This document shows, piece after piece, positions 26,339-35,824 of a stretch of 64,000 nt of DNA (the stretch's first letter is position 1; each line of letters starts with the position of its first letter). Below the pieces are notes generated by a model. It saw nothing but the letters and a program-made list of their open reading frames with translations. It did no database searches and was not told the DNA's origin. Made by a program: the position numbers and the translations under genes. The DNA is taken from sequence record PV764938.1; one strand, written 5' to 3'.

Positions 26339-26970
26339 TTCTGTCTAGGGATAAGAAAACCATTTTCGACGGCAAACTGCCAAGAGTGGCCATGCGCTTA
26401 TCCCAGCTGAAGCAGCTTCATGCACGGTTGCTCCGCAGTTTTGCGGAGTGCCCTGGCTTCGACAATACCCGCCTAAGTGTTCGAGTCCGAACAGTTGAAC
26501 GAAAGAAACAACTGGAGTTCGAAAGTCTCCAGTCGTTTCTCGATCATCACAAGGACAAGGAAGAGCTTCCCTCGAACCTTGAACTCTCCTACAGCTATTC
26601 CAGCTTGGGCCCCTATAACGGCTCCATCGATGTCATCCTGATGGATGCAAAGTTGAATTTCGGTGACAACGGATTCAACGACGTTTACATCGCGTCGAAC
26701 GATCACGACTGGGCCGATCGTGTTCATCAAACGATCCAATCCAAGCTTGCCACTTGCAGCGTATTCCGATCCGCAAATTTCATCAAGACCGTGAGCTTTA
26801 CAGCGGCAATGGTCTGCTTGATGATTTTCGGTGCTGCTTTGGTTCCGTTTGCCAGCATCGAAATGGGATTGATTGCAGTGGTCTTCCTGTTGTCCATGCT
26901 AATCACAGCAATCCCTAATGATGCGAAGCCATTCAAAAGAATGTCGTCGAATCGAATTTCTCTCTCCTAA
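26335..26970 (+). CDS. hypothetical membrane protein
   Basis: 211 aa with two C-terminal hydrophobic helices. Confidence 0.7.
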   Translation: MILSRDKKTIFDGKLPRVAMRLSQLKQLHARLLRSFAECPGFDNTRLSVRVRTVERKKQLEFESLQSFLDHHKDKEELPSNLELSYSYSSLGPYNGSIDVILMDAKLNFGDNGFNDVYIASNDHDWADRVHQTIQSKLATCSVFRSANFIKTVSFTAAMVCLMIFGAALVPFASIEMGLIAVVFLLSMLITAIPNDAKPFKRMSSNRISLS

Positions 26971-27020
26971 ACTGAGCCTTTCAGGTATAAATAAACACGG
27001 GTGATAACACCCATGTTTAA

Positions 27021-27058
27021 GGCAGTTAAGACCCGCGCGGTTGCGGGCAGTTAAGACC
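27021..27058 (+). repeat. 13-bp direct repeat in the VWA gene leader
   Basis: GGCAGTTAAGACC at 27021-33 and 27046-58, with a CCCGC/GCGGG hairpin between the copies. Confidence 0.7.
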
Positions 27059-27072
27059 TGAAAGGTACATCA

Positions 27073-27804
27073 ATGGCTCTAGTAAATGCTTTTGAAGTCG
27101 CACCTGTGACTTCCACTCCTAAAACTGAAACCCTCATTCAATTCGTACTCGATGAAACTGGCTCGATGAATTCGTGCTGGGACGCCACTATCAATAGCTT
27201 CAACGAATACATCGGATCCCAGCGCACTGTCAACGATGGTATGGTTTGCCGCGTTGGTCTCACAAAGTTCTCTGACATCGGTCGCTCACTCTTCTACAGA
27301 AGTTCAACCGATAATGATCCTACAACCACCCAGAGCATTCGCAACGTATACGTGCAAAAGGACATCAAGGATGTTCCGCTTCTGACACGTTCCACATATA
27401 CACCGAACGGTGGTACCAACCTCTACGACGCAATCGGTAAGACCATTGTCGATCTTGATGGCGTGGTAAAGGATTCCCAGAACGTCCTCGTCGTGATCAT
27501 CACAGACGGTGAAGAGAATGCTTCGCGCGAATACAGTGTTCAGGCGATCAAGACAATGATTGAAGATCGTCAAGCCAAGGGCTGGACATTCGTATACCTG
27601 GGCGCAAATCAGGACGCATGGAAAGTCGGCTCTACATTCGGTCTCGCAAAAGGACAAACTATGTCCTACAGCACTGCTGAAATGGCTTCCACGATGGATT
27701 CGCTCAGCATGGCAACCACTGTTTACCGCAGCGCACGCTCGCTGAACGCAACGGATAACAAGTCGGGTGAAGTAGCTCGCAACTTCTTCGGAGACGTAAA
27801 GTGA
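27073..27804 (+). CDS. von Willebrand factor type A (VWA) domain protein
   Basis: MIDAS-like FVLDETGSM, GGTNLYDAIG, VVIITDGEENAS. Confidence 0.9.
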   Translation: MALVNAFEVAPVTSTPKTETLIQFVLDETGSMNSCWDATINSFNEYIGSQRTVNDGMVCRVGLTKFSDIGRSLFYRSSTDNDPTTTQSIRNVYVQKDIKDVPLLTRSTYTPNGGTNLYDAIGKTIVDLDGVVKDSQNVLVVIITDGEENASREYSVQAIKTMIEDRQAKGWTFVYLGANQDAWKVGSTFGLAKGQTMSYSTAEMASTMDSLSMATTVYRSARSLNATDNKSGEVARNFFGDVK

Positions 27805-28652
27805 AGCAGGGACAATTTCAACTTGATATCACCGTAAATGGCAAGTCCGTTTACGAATACGCACACGAAGGCGATTCCTACATCGAGGGTCGCAAGGGTT
27901 CCACATTCAAGATGACCTTCTTGAACTTCAGTGGAAACAAAGTGTTAGTGGTTCCCGCAGTAGATGGACTATCCGTTTTGGATGGCAAGCCTGCGGGTCC
28001 TGACAGCCCAGGTCTTGTCGTGCAAGCGGGCTCGTCTGCGGCAATTCCCGGATGGATGGTAGACTCCAATCGTGCAAGCGAGTTCATCTTTGCGGATCGT
28101 GAGTCGTCCTATGCTCGTAGCGTTGACGCCACAACCACAAATACTGGCGTGATTGGTCTGCTCGTGTTTGGCGAAGCCCAGAAGGAACGTCAGGTCACAA
28201 ACATCGTTAATTACCCGACGATCTATCCGACGATTCAACCGTGGACACCTTGGACGACAACCCCGAAGAATCCTTGGGGTGGTCCGATTTGGGTTAACGA
28301 TTCTTCCAGCAACCCAACCTACAGCGTGAACACTTCGTCGGTTACGATGGGTCTCGATAACATGCTTGTGGGTGCTGTTGGATCAAATGCTTCGGTAGAA
28401 CCTACCCAACGTCGTATCACAAAGAACACTGAAGAAAATCTCGGTGTTGGCTGGGGTCAAGCTGTTGATTTCAAAACGAATACTACAACCTTTGATAAGG
28501 GTGAACAATTAGCGCAACTCGTGCTATTCTACGATTCTCGTAGGAATCTAGAACGTCGTGGTATCATCGTAGAACGTCGTGAATCAGTAAGCGTAAGACC
28601 CAATCCTTTCCCTGGTATCGGTTGCAAGCCACCAGCGGGCTGGAAGGGTTAA
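27801..28652 (+). CDS. conserved hypothetical protein coupled to the VWA gene
   Basis: 283 aa, GTGA overlap. VDGLSVLDGK...IPGW...TGVIG and a C-terminal PNPFPG...CKPP. Confidence 0.8.
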   Translation: MKQGQFQLDITVNGKSVYEYAHEGDSYIEGRKGSTFKMTFLNFSGNKVLVVPAVDGLSVLDGKPAGPDSPGLVVQAGSSAAIPGWMVDSNRASEFIFADRESSYARSVDATTTNTGVIGLLVFGEAQKERQVTNIVNYPTIYPTIQPWTPWTTTPKNPWGGPIWVNDSSSNPTYSVNTSSVTMGLDNMLVGAVGSNASVEPTQRRITKNTEENLGVGWGQAVDFKTNTTTFDKGEQLAQLVLFYDSRRNLERRGIIVERRESVSVRPNPFPGIGCKPPAGWKG

Positions 28653-28717
28653 TATTGACTTTTCTGAAACAGATATTGCAGAGTGGGATTAAATTCCCAC
28701 TCTGAAGGACGCAAAAG

Positions 28718-28960
28718 ATGAACGATATCCAGGTTAACCTGAGTCGGGAACAATGTGATATCATTGCATTGGCCCTAGACACACTAATGAGTATTCGTGG
28801 ACTAAAAGAAGAAGTCCGCTCCGAAGTGAACATGCTGTTTTATCGCTTCGATACACTCAGTGATCCCGTTGATGAAACTCGAACCCTCCCAAAAGTAACA
28901 GGCCCACAACTCGTGTACGATCGTGACTCCAACGTTCGTCCGCTGTTTCCAAAAGGTTGA
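28718..28960 (+). CDS. hypothetical protein
   Basis: 80 aa, AAGGA RBS. Confidence 0.65.
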   Translation: MNDIQVNLSREQCDIIALALDTLMSIRGLKEEVRSEVNMLFYRFDTLSDPVDETRTLPKVTGPQLVYDRDSNVRPLFPKG

Positions 28961-28984
28961 CACAACTGGCGCCTGTGTTAGTTT
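28957..28984 (+). promoter_or_regulatory. sigma70-type promoter
   Basis: TTGACA-N14-GT-TAGTTT; shares GGTTGACACAACTGG with the promoter at 11614. Confidence 0.65.
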
Positions 28985-28990
28985 CCACAA

Positions 28991-29209
28991 ATGTTTGATA
29001 AACTTAAGAAATGGTACGAAGATCGCTTCGTGGCCAAATACATCGTATACTATCGGTTCCCAAGCCGGTGGTATCCCGGCAAAGTCGTTGAGGGTCAAGA
29101 ACGCCCAAGTAGCCGAAACAATGCTCTACAACGGGCACGAATCGGCAACGGACTTTACGGAGATGGATCGCATTGGGTCAGGAAAGTAGAAGATGAACCG
29201 TCCAACTAA
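28991..29209 (+). CDS. small hypothetical protein
   Basis: 72 aa, probably near-leaderless after the promoter. Confidence 0.6.
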   Translation: MFDKLKKWYEDRFVAKYIVYYRFPSRWYPGKVVEGQERPSSRNNALQRARIGNGLYGDGSHWVRKVEDEPSN

Positions 29210-29765
29210 CACGTTCGTTGCAATCGATGAAATTGAGCGACGCATGAAGTCCGCGGTGAAGAAGTTCCATTCGGATCTTCTTAGCCTTCGCACGGGCACA
29301 GCATCGGCATCGCTTTTGGATTCCATCGTCGTTGAGGCCTACGAGACGACAGTTCCGCTTGCACAGGTCGCAACAGTGAGTGTGCTTGAGGCTCGCACGC
29401 TTGGTGTTTCTGTCTGGGACAAAGCCACAGTCAAGGCTGTGGACCGAGCCATTCGAGAATCCAAGCTCGGCTTGAGTCCAGTCGTGGATGGTCTTACCCT
29501 ACGTATACCTCTTCCGGCTCCAACCGAGGAACGTCGTCGTGAACTCGTTAAGGTCTCGAAGACATTTGAGGAAGCTTCGAAGGTGGCAGTCCGAAACATT
29601 CGCCGTGATTCGCTCAATCATATGAAACGGCTAGTCGGTGGTGGCACCATGGCCCAACACACTATGAGCTCGCTGAGCACCAAGGTTCAGGATCTCACCG
29701 ATAAGTATGTTGGTGAGATTGAGACGCTCCAAGCGGCCAAGGAAAAAGAAATCCTGACGGTGTGA
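29193..29765 (+). CDS. frr: ribosome recycling factor
   Basis: LRTGTASASLLD-x-I-x-V-x-x-Y, PLAQVATVS, VWDK, PTEERRRELVK, KVAVRNIRRD, KEKEILTV. Confidence 0.95.
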   Translation: MNRPTNTFVAIDEIERRMKSAVKKFHSDLLSLRTGTASASLLDSIVVEAYETTVPLAQVATVSVLEARTLGVSVWDKATVKAVDRAIRESKLGLSPVVDGLTLRIPLPAPTEERRRELVKVSKTFEEASKVAVRNIRRDSLNHMKRLVGGGTMAQHTMSSLSTKVQDLTDKYVGEIETLQAAKEKEILTV

Positions 29766-29784
29766 TTTTTCTTCCTATTTTAGG

Positions 29785-29812
29785 TTGACGCGTCCTAAAT
29801 TGGTGCTAAGTT
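29785..29812 (+). promoter_or_regulatory. promoter for the large ncRNA
   Basis: TTGACG-N14-GC-TAAGTT; TTTAGG/CCTAAA palindrome around the -35. Confidence 0.7.
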
Positions 29813-29818
29813 ACGAAC

Positions 29819-30647
29819 ATGAACAGCAAGCAACGAAGGGTTTCGGAACTTGCTGGACTAGAGTAAAGTCGGAGTCGGAGTAAGTGTGCGGCAAACACAA
29901 CTCGTCTCTAAAACGGGTGTCAAGCACGGAATGGACGCATTCGGTTGCAACGACAAGCAGTTCGATTCTGTTGATCCCGATTTCGGCTTCGCTTGCTAAA
30001 TTAGAAGTATCCGGGCAGTCATAAAGTGACCACTCCGGCGCAGGGTGAAAGATTCAAAGCTTGGGCCCGGATACTTCTACTTTAGTGGGAAACTGTAAAG
30101 GTAGTTTATCGGTGTAGGACGCCTGAGGGGCGGCTTTCGATGACGTTGGACTTAATAACTTGCGTACCCTAGGCAACTGCGCGAGTGAACGGAAAGATCG
30201 AGAGGGTAGGGCTTCGATGCCCGAACTACAGGCGGCGGTTGAAAATATACCGCGTCAGCCAGTGCATGGTGCGGGCGATAAAAAGCCCCTTGGTTCGAAT
30301 CCGGGACTACCGATAAACTTCCTTTACAGTTTGGGATAACTGCTTGAACGCTTCCTCGGTGTGGAGGATCCGTTATATGGTGATTCACTTAATTGCGTGA
30401 GTGCTTCGCCTAAGGATTGCAGTGGCTGAGCTAGGACAATGTCTACGGAACGCAACTGGGATAAAGTCCGAATAGCAGTTATCTCATTAAGTTTGGCCAG
30501 TTGAGGAAACTCCTGGCCTCTTTTCTAGGGGCGAGCAATCGCGAAACGAGTAGGAGCGGGATGTCAGTACCATTGGCGCCCGCAACCAAAGGAGTAGCGT
30601 GGGCTTATGAGGATGGTACCCTTCCTGGTTCAAGTCCAGGCGTCCCG
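29819..30647 (+). ncRNA. ~830-nt large structured RNA, GOLLD-like
   Basis: Perfect long-range helices 30002-16/30065-79 (15 bp), 30090-101/30321-32 (12 bp), 30104-13/30309-18 (10 bp) and 30335-44/30474-83 (10 bp). tRNA-like 3' module GGGATG/CGTCCC plus CCTGG-TTCAAGT-CCAGG. Size and 3'-domain words (CGATAAAC, ATAGCAGTTA, GCCAGTT, GCGAAACG) recall GOLLD from memory; not verified by covariance search. Confidence 0.72.
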
Positions 30648-30685
30648 GGTTTTATTTTGCAACAACAAGAATAATAAGAAAGCAC

Positions 30686-32608
30686 ATGATCAAAATTACC
30701 TTCCCCGATGGTTCTGTTCGCGAATTTGACCCGGTTCTCCTGGACGGGCATACTATTGCTAAGAGCATCAGCCCAAGTCTTCACAAAGCTTCTATTGCGA
30801 TGATTCTAAATGGGGAAGTAGTCGATCTTTCCCATATGATTATGGATCACTCCACTGTCGAGTTGCTCAAGCGTGGCGACGAGCGGGTCCTTCCAGTTAT
30901 GCGTCACAGCATGGCGCACATTCTTGCAGAAGCCGTCATTAACCTCTGGCCCGAAACCAAGCTTGGTGTTGGTCCATCGACGGAAAACGGCTTCTTCTAT
31001 GACTTCCATCGTGACACCCCGATCACCGAGGCAGAGCTTCCGTTGATTGAAGCGGAGATGCGCAAGCTCATCGCCGAAAATAAGAACTTCCTGCGTTGGA
31101 ATGATGTTCCGCGTGAGTCGCTTCTCGAAATGTTTGAGAATCAACCCTACAAGCAAGCGATTATGCAGACGCTCCCATCGGACGCGGAGATCAGCGTTTA
31201 CTGGCAGGGTTCGTATCCGGAAATGTGCCTGGGTCCTCACGTGGTGTCCGCGGGTCAACTCGGCAACAGTTTCAAGCTTGTTAAGGTTGCTGGTGCGTAT
31301 TGGAAGGGTGATTCCTCCCAGCCCATGTTGAGCCGTATCACCGGCGTATATTTCCCGGAACAGAAACAGCTGGATCAGTATTTGGTTCGTCAAGCCGAAG
31401 CTGAAAAGCGCGATCACCGCAAGCTCGGCAAAGAACTCGATCTGTTCCACTTTGAGGAAGCTGCACCCGGTAGTGTATTCTGGCATCCTAAGGGTTGGTC
31501 GCTTTTCCAAAAGCTTATCAACTACATGCGCGAGACTCAAAACGCCGCAGGATATCAGGAAGTCAATACTCCGGATATGATGGACAAATCCCTTTGGGAA
31601 ATCTCCGGTCACTGGCAAAATTATCACGCCAATATGTTCACGACAACGACCGAGGACGAGCGAGAATTCGCGTTTAAGCCGATGAACTGTCCGGGCCATA
31701 TGATGGTCTACAATCAAGGTATCCGCAGCTACAAGAGCTTGCCGCTAAAGCTGGCCGAGTTCGGTAAAGTCCATCGCTACGAGCCTTCTGGAGCCCTACA
31801 CGGACTTATGCGCGTGCGAAGCTTCACGCAGGATGATGCTCATATCTTCTGCACCGAGGATCAGCTTCTCGATGAATGCGTGGCCGTCAATAACCTGATC
31901 TTCAAGATCTACAAGGACTTTGGCTTCACCGACATTCGTGTAAAGTTGAGCACCATGCCTGAGAACCATATTGGTTCGGTTGAATCATGGGAGAAGGCAA
32001 CGAACGCGCTGAAGGATGCACTCGAGCATTTGGGTCAGCCCTACACGATCTTCGAAGGTGAAGGTGCTTTCTATGGTCCAAAACTCGAATACGTTCTGAC
32101 CGACGCAATCGGCCGTGATTGGCAATGTGGAACTCTGCAGGTTGATTTCAACTTGCCAGCGCGTTTCAATTCGACCTACGTTGACGCCAACAATAAGCGT
32201 CAGTTCCCGGTTATGCTGCACCGCGCAATGTTTGGATCCCTTGAGCGATTCACTGGTATCCTTATCGAGCATTTCGCAGGTATTCTCCCGGTATGGTTGC
32301 AGCCGACTCAAGTCGCAATCGTCACCGTAAGTGATTCGCCGGCTCAGGTCGAAACCGCCCAGCGTATTTCGGGTTTCCTGAAGAACTACAGCGTTTCGCA
32401 TGTTGTGGATGACCGCGTGGAAAACCTAAGTGCGAAAATCGCCGAACAGTTCAAGGGCAAGGTCCCCTACGTGCTGGTAATCGGCGATAAGGAAGCTGAA
32501 GAAAAGGGCGAAGTCGTAAGTGTTCGTGAACTCGGTGGTGCATCCTACCGACTACCGACTGACGATTTCCTCTATGAGCTATCCGCTGTTATTCGAGAAA
32601 AGCGGTAA
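30686..32608 (+). CDS. thrS: threonyl-tRNA synthetase (full length: TGS, editing, catalytic and anticodon-binding domains)
   Basis: RHSMAHILA, MCLGPH, RDHRKLGKELDLF, KPMNCPGH, GLMRVRSFTQDDAHIFC, GAFYGPK, WQCGTLQVDF, HRAMFGSLERF. Confidence 0.98.
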   Translation: MIKITFPDGSVREFDPVLLDGHTIAKSISPSLHKASIAMILNGEVVDLSHMIMDHSTVELLKRGDERVLPVMRHSMAHILAEAVINLWPETKLGVGPSTENGFFYDFHRDTPITEAELPLIEAEMRKLIAENKNFLRWNDVPRESLLEMFENQPYKQAIMQTLPSDAEISVYWQGSYPEMCLGPHVVSAGQLGNSFKLVKVAGAYWKGDSSQPMLSRITGVYFPEQKQLDQYLVRQAEAEKRDHRKLGKELDLFHFEEAAPGSVFWHPKGWSLFQKLINYMRETQNAAGYQEVNTPDMMDKSLWEISGHWQNYHANMFTTTTEDEREFAFKPMNCPGHMMVYNQGIRSYKSLPLKLAEFGKVHRYEPSGALHGLMRVRSFTQDDAHIFCTEDQLLDECVAVNNLIFKIYKDFGFTDIRVKLSTMPENHIGSVESWEKATNALKDALEHLGQPYTIFEGEGAFYGPKLEYVLTDAIGRDWQCGTLQVDFNLPARFNSTYVDANNKRQFPVMLHRAMFGSLERFTGILIEHFAGILPVWLQPTQVAIVTVSDSPAQVETAQRISGFLKNYSVSHVVDDRVENLSAKIAEQFKGKVPYVLVIGDKEAEEKGEVVSVRELGGASYRLPTDDFLYELSAVIREKR

Positions 32609-32674
32609 CACGCATTGACGCCATGCGGATAGTCTGTTATTGGAAGAGATCATTTCTCCAAGAGGACAATCCGC

Positions 32675-33685
32675 ATGGTCGCATCACGCACGCTTATGGC
32701 AAAGGGATCCAAATGGATCGTTAATGCCGACTTCTCCGCCGAAAACCATTACGGCGCTGAGTATCAATGGCAAAAGAATGCCAAGGGCGGGCAGGATCTC
32801 GTCCAGACCAAGAAGCACATGACGGACTTCAAGAAGGGTGAGATCATCGTGATCACCGACAAGTCCTCAACGTATCATCCCCGCACCTATGATAAGGGCA
32901 TCTTCTATCCGGTCACCTGCGAAGGTCGCAAGGGCCAGGGCAGCTTCGAGCTCAAGGATATCTCCCAGTATTTGGACCTGCACGAGGAAGTGCTCCAGTT
33001 GATCTGGGTATTCTACTCGGCCAAGATGGGCGGATACATCGAAAAGATCCCCTATTCGACGTATCACGACGGTGACAGCTACGAAGCTGCTCAGAAGACC
33101 GGCGGCGTGCTCTTCAACGCGAAGATCACCAAGGCCATGAAGAAGAAGCGCAGCCAGGATACCAAGCAGTATCTGCTCAGCCATTCCGGTTATTACGACG
33201 GCATCGATACCAGCGACATCTACTACGTGTTCGAACCCGGTGGCAAAAAGGTCGACTTCCCGGATGACCTGGTGATCCAGGAACTCAACAAGATCACGAA
33301 GGAAGTCCGCTCGGAGACCAAGGCCAGCGACTACCTGACGGAAGCATTCCGTTTGCGTCCGCTGACACTCAAGTACGGCAGCGCCATCCGCAGTGTCTTC
33401 AAGGACATGGAAGAAAAGGGCGAGTCCTACACCACGCTCCTCATGTTCCAGGACACCAGCGAGGACGTCGATCAGTACGACAAGTCCAAGCCCATCGATC
33501 AGCTCAAGACGGAATTCAAGGCGTCAAAGCCCGCGAAGGGCACCTACATCATGAAGTCCGACTATCGCACGGTAGCCTTCGCGTTCAAGAACCGCAACGA
33601 TGCTCTCATGTTCCGACTCAGCTACTCGGGCGATTTGTCCTCACAACTGGTCGATGCGGAAACCCTCGCGGAAGTCTCCAAGTGA
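32675..33685 (+). CDS. hypothetical protein with C-terminal FRL motif
   Basis: 336 aa; FAFKNRNDALMFRLSYS near the C-terminus. Confidence 0.8.
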   Translation: MVASRTLMAKGSKWIVNADFSAENHYGAEYQWQKNAKGGQDLVQTKKHMTDFKKGEIIVITDKSSTYHPRTYDKGIFYPVTCEGRKGQGSFELKDISQYLDLHEEVLQLIWVFYSAKMGGYIEKIPYSTYHDGDSYEAAQKTGGVLFNAKITKAMKKKRSQDTKQYLLSHSGYYDGIDTSDIYYVFEPGGKKVDFPDDLVIQELNKITKEVRSETKASDYLTEAFRLRPLTLKYGSAIRSVFKDMEEKGESYTTLLMFQDTSEDVDQYDKSKPIDQLKTEFKASKPAKGTYIMKSDYRTVAFAFKNRNDALMFRLSYSGDLSSQLVDAETLAEVSK

Positions 33686-34005
33686 CACGACGCAAATACG
33701 TCAACCGCGTGGAAATCGAACATATTGATTCACCCATTCAGTCAATGAATGGGTGGAAGAATCACGAGCAGTTTGAGTACCGCGTGAGTTGGCGTATCTA
33801 TACGAAGGACAATGGTGAGGAACTCAGAGACTATCGCATTTGTGCAGAGCTTGATATGCCCATCATTGTGCCGGAGATTCAAGAATGGTTTGGGCCCTAT
33901 GGCCCGAACGGTCGCTGGGACATTGATTACGCCTACATGTACCTGTTCTTCCGAACCCTGACGGATATCACTGAATTCAGACTCAGGATAAATTTACCAG
34001 GATAG
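33682..34005 (+). CDS. hypothetical protein, FRL-motif family
   Basis: Ends LFFRTLTDITEFRLRINLPG. Confidence 0.7.
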   Translation: MTRRKYVNRVEIEHIDSPIQSMNGWKNHEQFEYRVSWRIYTKDNGEELRDYRICAELDMPIIVPEIQEWFGPYGPNGRWDIDYAYMYLFFRTLTDITEFRLRINLPG

Positions 34006-34008
34006 GTG

Positions 34009-34062
34009 TTGACGTCTTCCTATTTGCTGTTATATTAAGGGCAACAAAGGAGATCGGACATG
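34009..34062 (+). promoter_or_regulatory. promoter plus conserved RBS cassette
   Basis: TTGACG-N14-GT-TATATT ... AAAGGAGATCGGACATG. Confidence 0.7.
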
Positions 34063-34425
34063 GCTAATTACATTCTCAAGCGTTTCAATGCTCGTATGTT
34101 CAACATCGACTACAAGCGCAAGACTATCGGCATGGTCACTGCTCAAGAGGATGGCACCTGGTCCGCACGTCTCATCGACGACTCCATCACGGTCAAGGTC
34201 GAGGGCTTCGCAACTTCTTCCAACGCTTTCTACGCTGCAACGCAGTCGCTGAAGGTGTTCTCGCTGAACCGTCGCGCACGTACAAACCTCATTGCTCCGA
34301 CCACCGGCACCGGTAACGAGGCGGAGGAAATCGAACAGCGCAATCGTAGCGTTCGCGAATACGTTGCCGCGTACAACGCTTACGAGCAGCGTTCTGTGCT
34401 TCGCGTAGCAACACGCCGGCGCTAA
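34060..34425 (+). CDS. hypothetical protein
   Basis: 121 aa, strong RBS. Confidence 0.75.
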   Translation: MANYILKRFNARMFNIDYKRKTIGMVTAQEDGTWSARLIDDSITVKVEGFATSSNAFYAATQSLKVFSLNRRARTNLIAPTTGTGNEAEEIEQRNRSVREYVAAYNAYEQRSVLRVATRRR

Positions 34426-34426
34426 G

Positions 34427-34813
34427 ATGATATCGAATCTCGTTGCAAGATATCGGGCGCTCGTGAAGGAAAGACTCGAGCGCCGTGACGACAACGATCT
34501 CGCCGATAATTCGGTGATTTACGAGCAGCCGACCTATAACCATCGGTTCGTGCTTTCGGAACTCATCGGTAATCGCCACTTCCTTCGGCATCAGTTGTCG
34601 ATCCATATAAATTACTCGATCTTTGAAGCCGACAATTTCCGTGCCATCGAGCTCGCAGAGGAAATCGCACACGAGCAACTGGTGACAGATGGTATGGAGA
34701 AATACCGCGACTACTTTATCGGCGGCTACGTCAGTAACGGCACCGATGCAATCCTCGTGATTCAGACCAATAGTTTGGATATGCTGACACTGGCCAAGCT
34801 CACCTTTTCCTAA
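34427..34813 (+). CDS. hypothetical protein, AKL-motif family
   Basis: Ends VIQTNSLDMLTLAKLTFS. Confidence 0.7.
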   Translation: MISNLVARYRALVKERLERRDDNDLADNSVIYEQPTYNHRFVLSELIGNRHFLRHQLSIHINYSIFEADNFRAIELAEEIAHEQLVTDGMEKYRDYFIGGYVSNGTDAILVIQTNSLDMLTLAKLTFS

Positions 34814-34817
34814 TAGG

Positions 34818-34845
34818 TTGACTCCAGTTGTTCCTATGTTAAAGT
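34818..34845 (+). promoter_or_regulatory. sigma70-type promoter
   Basis: TTGACT-N14-GT-TAAAGT. Confidence 0.65.
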
Positions 34846-34869
34846 GGGAATAAGACAAAGGAGCAATAC

Positions 34870-35502
34870 ATGGAAAAGTTCAAGAAGCAGCTTTTGGTTC
34901 TCCGCAGCCAACTTATTGGTGCAGGCTACCATAACGCGCTGATCGCTCTGGAAAAGGGTCTCAAGTACCACAAGGGCAAGCGCAAGGGCGGCGATCCTGA
35001 ATTCTCCCACCAGGTAAACATTGCGCTGTTCGCGCTTACGCTCCCTGGCATCCGTAACATGGAACTCCTGATCTGCATCATCTTGCTGCACGATGTGCGC
35101 GAGGACTACGACGTCGGTCACGAAGAGTTGGTGTCCTGGTTCCCGGAACGAGCTTTCGGTCTCCAAGTCGCACACAGCGTCGAAAACATGACCAAGGAAT
35201 TCCGCAAGGTTCGCAAGGACGACAAGCTGGTCTTTGCTTCGCTCGCAGAAGACGAATACGGCTCCCTCGCCAAGCTTTGCGACCGCATTCACAACTTGCA
35301 GAGCATGGCCGGCGTCTTCACCCTGGCCAAGCAAAAGGCCTACATCGAGGAAGTATTCGAGTTGTTCTTCCCCATGCTGAAGGATGCAAAGCGCAACTTC
35401 CCCTGGCACACCTCTGCTTACGAAAACATCAAGTGGATGCTCCAGAGCCAGATCGACTTGCTCCAGCACATCCACAAGGCGATGGAGCCCCAGGATGCCT
35501 GA
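34870..35502 (+). CDS. HD-domain (p)ppGpp-hydrolase-like protein (small alarmone hydrolase / Mesh1-SpoT HD family)
   Basis: YHKGKRK-x-G-x-P-x-x-x-H, LLHDVRED, V-x-x-MTK, KLCDRIHNL. Confidence 0.8.
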   Translation: MEKFKKQLLVLRSQLIGAGYHNALIALEKGLKYHKGKRKGGDPEFSHQVNIALFALTLPGIRNMELLICIILLHDVREDYDVGHEELVSWFPERAFGLQVAHSVENMTKEFRKVRKDDKLVFASLAEDEYGSLAKLCDRIHNLQSMAGVFTLAKQKAYIEEVFELFFPMLKDAKRNFPWHTSAYENIKWMLQSQIDLLQHIHKAMEPQDA

Positions 35503-35824
35503 GTTCACGCAAGTCCGTAACCCACATGCACCGGCCGAGTTTCCGTTCATGTTGCGGGCCAACAATAAAAACGAATTGCAACATTACGAGGCCTGGTGCT
35601 ATAGGTTTCTTGGGGCAAAGGCTGTAGCTGGCGCCCATAAGAACTCTCGGTGGTACCAGTCCAACGGCTACTTCTTTTTTCGTAGGCTGACAGACGTTAC
35701 CCGATTTGTATTCGGAGCAAGACTTGACGTCCCCAAAGCCAATGCCGGTCCTGAACTTACAGGTCTTGAAATCTCGCAGCTCTACGCCAAACTTTACGGT
35801 GCATTTCCGGAAGCTCGAAGATAA
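35495..35824 (+). CDS. hypothetical protein
   Basis: ATG 35495 overlaps the upstream stop; YFFFRRLTDVTRFVF motif. Confidence 0.65.
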   Translation: MPEFTQVRNPHAPAEFPFMLRANNKNELQHYEAWCYRFLGAKAVAGAHKNSRWYQSNGYFFFRRLTDVTRFVFGARLDVPKANAGPELTGLEISQLYAKLYGAFPEARR

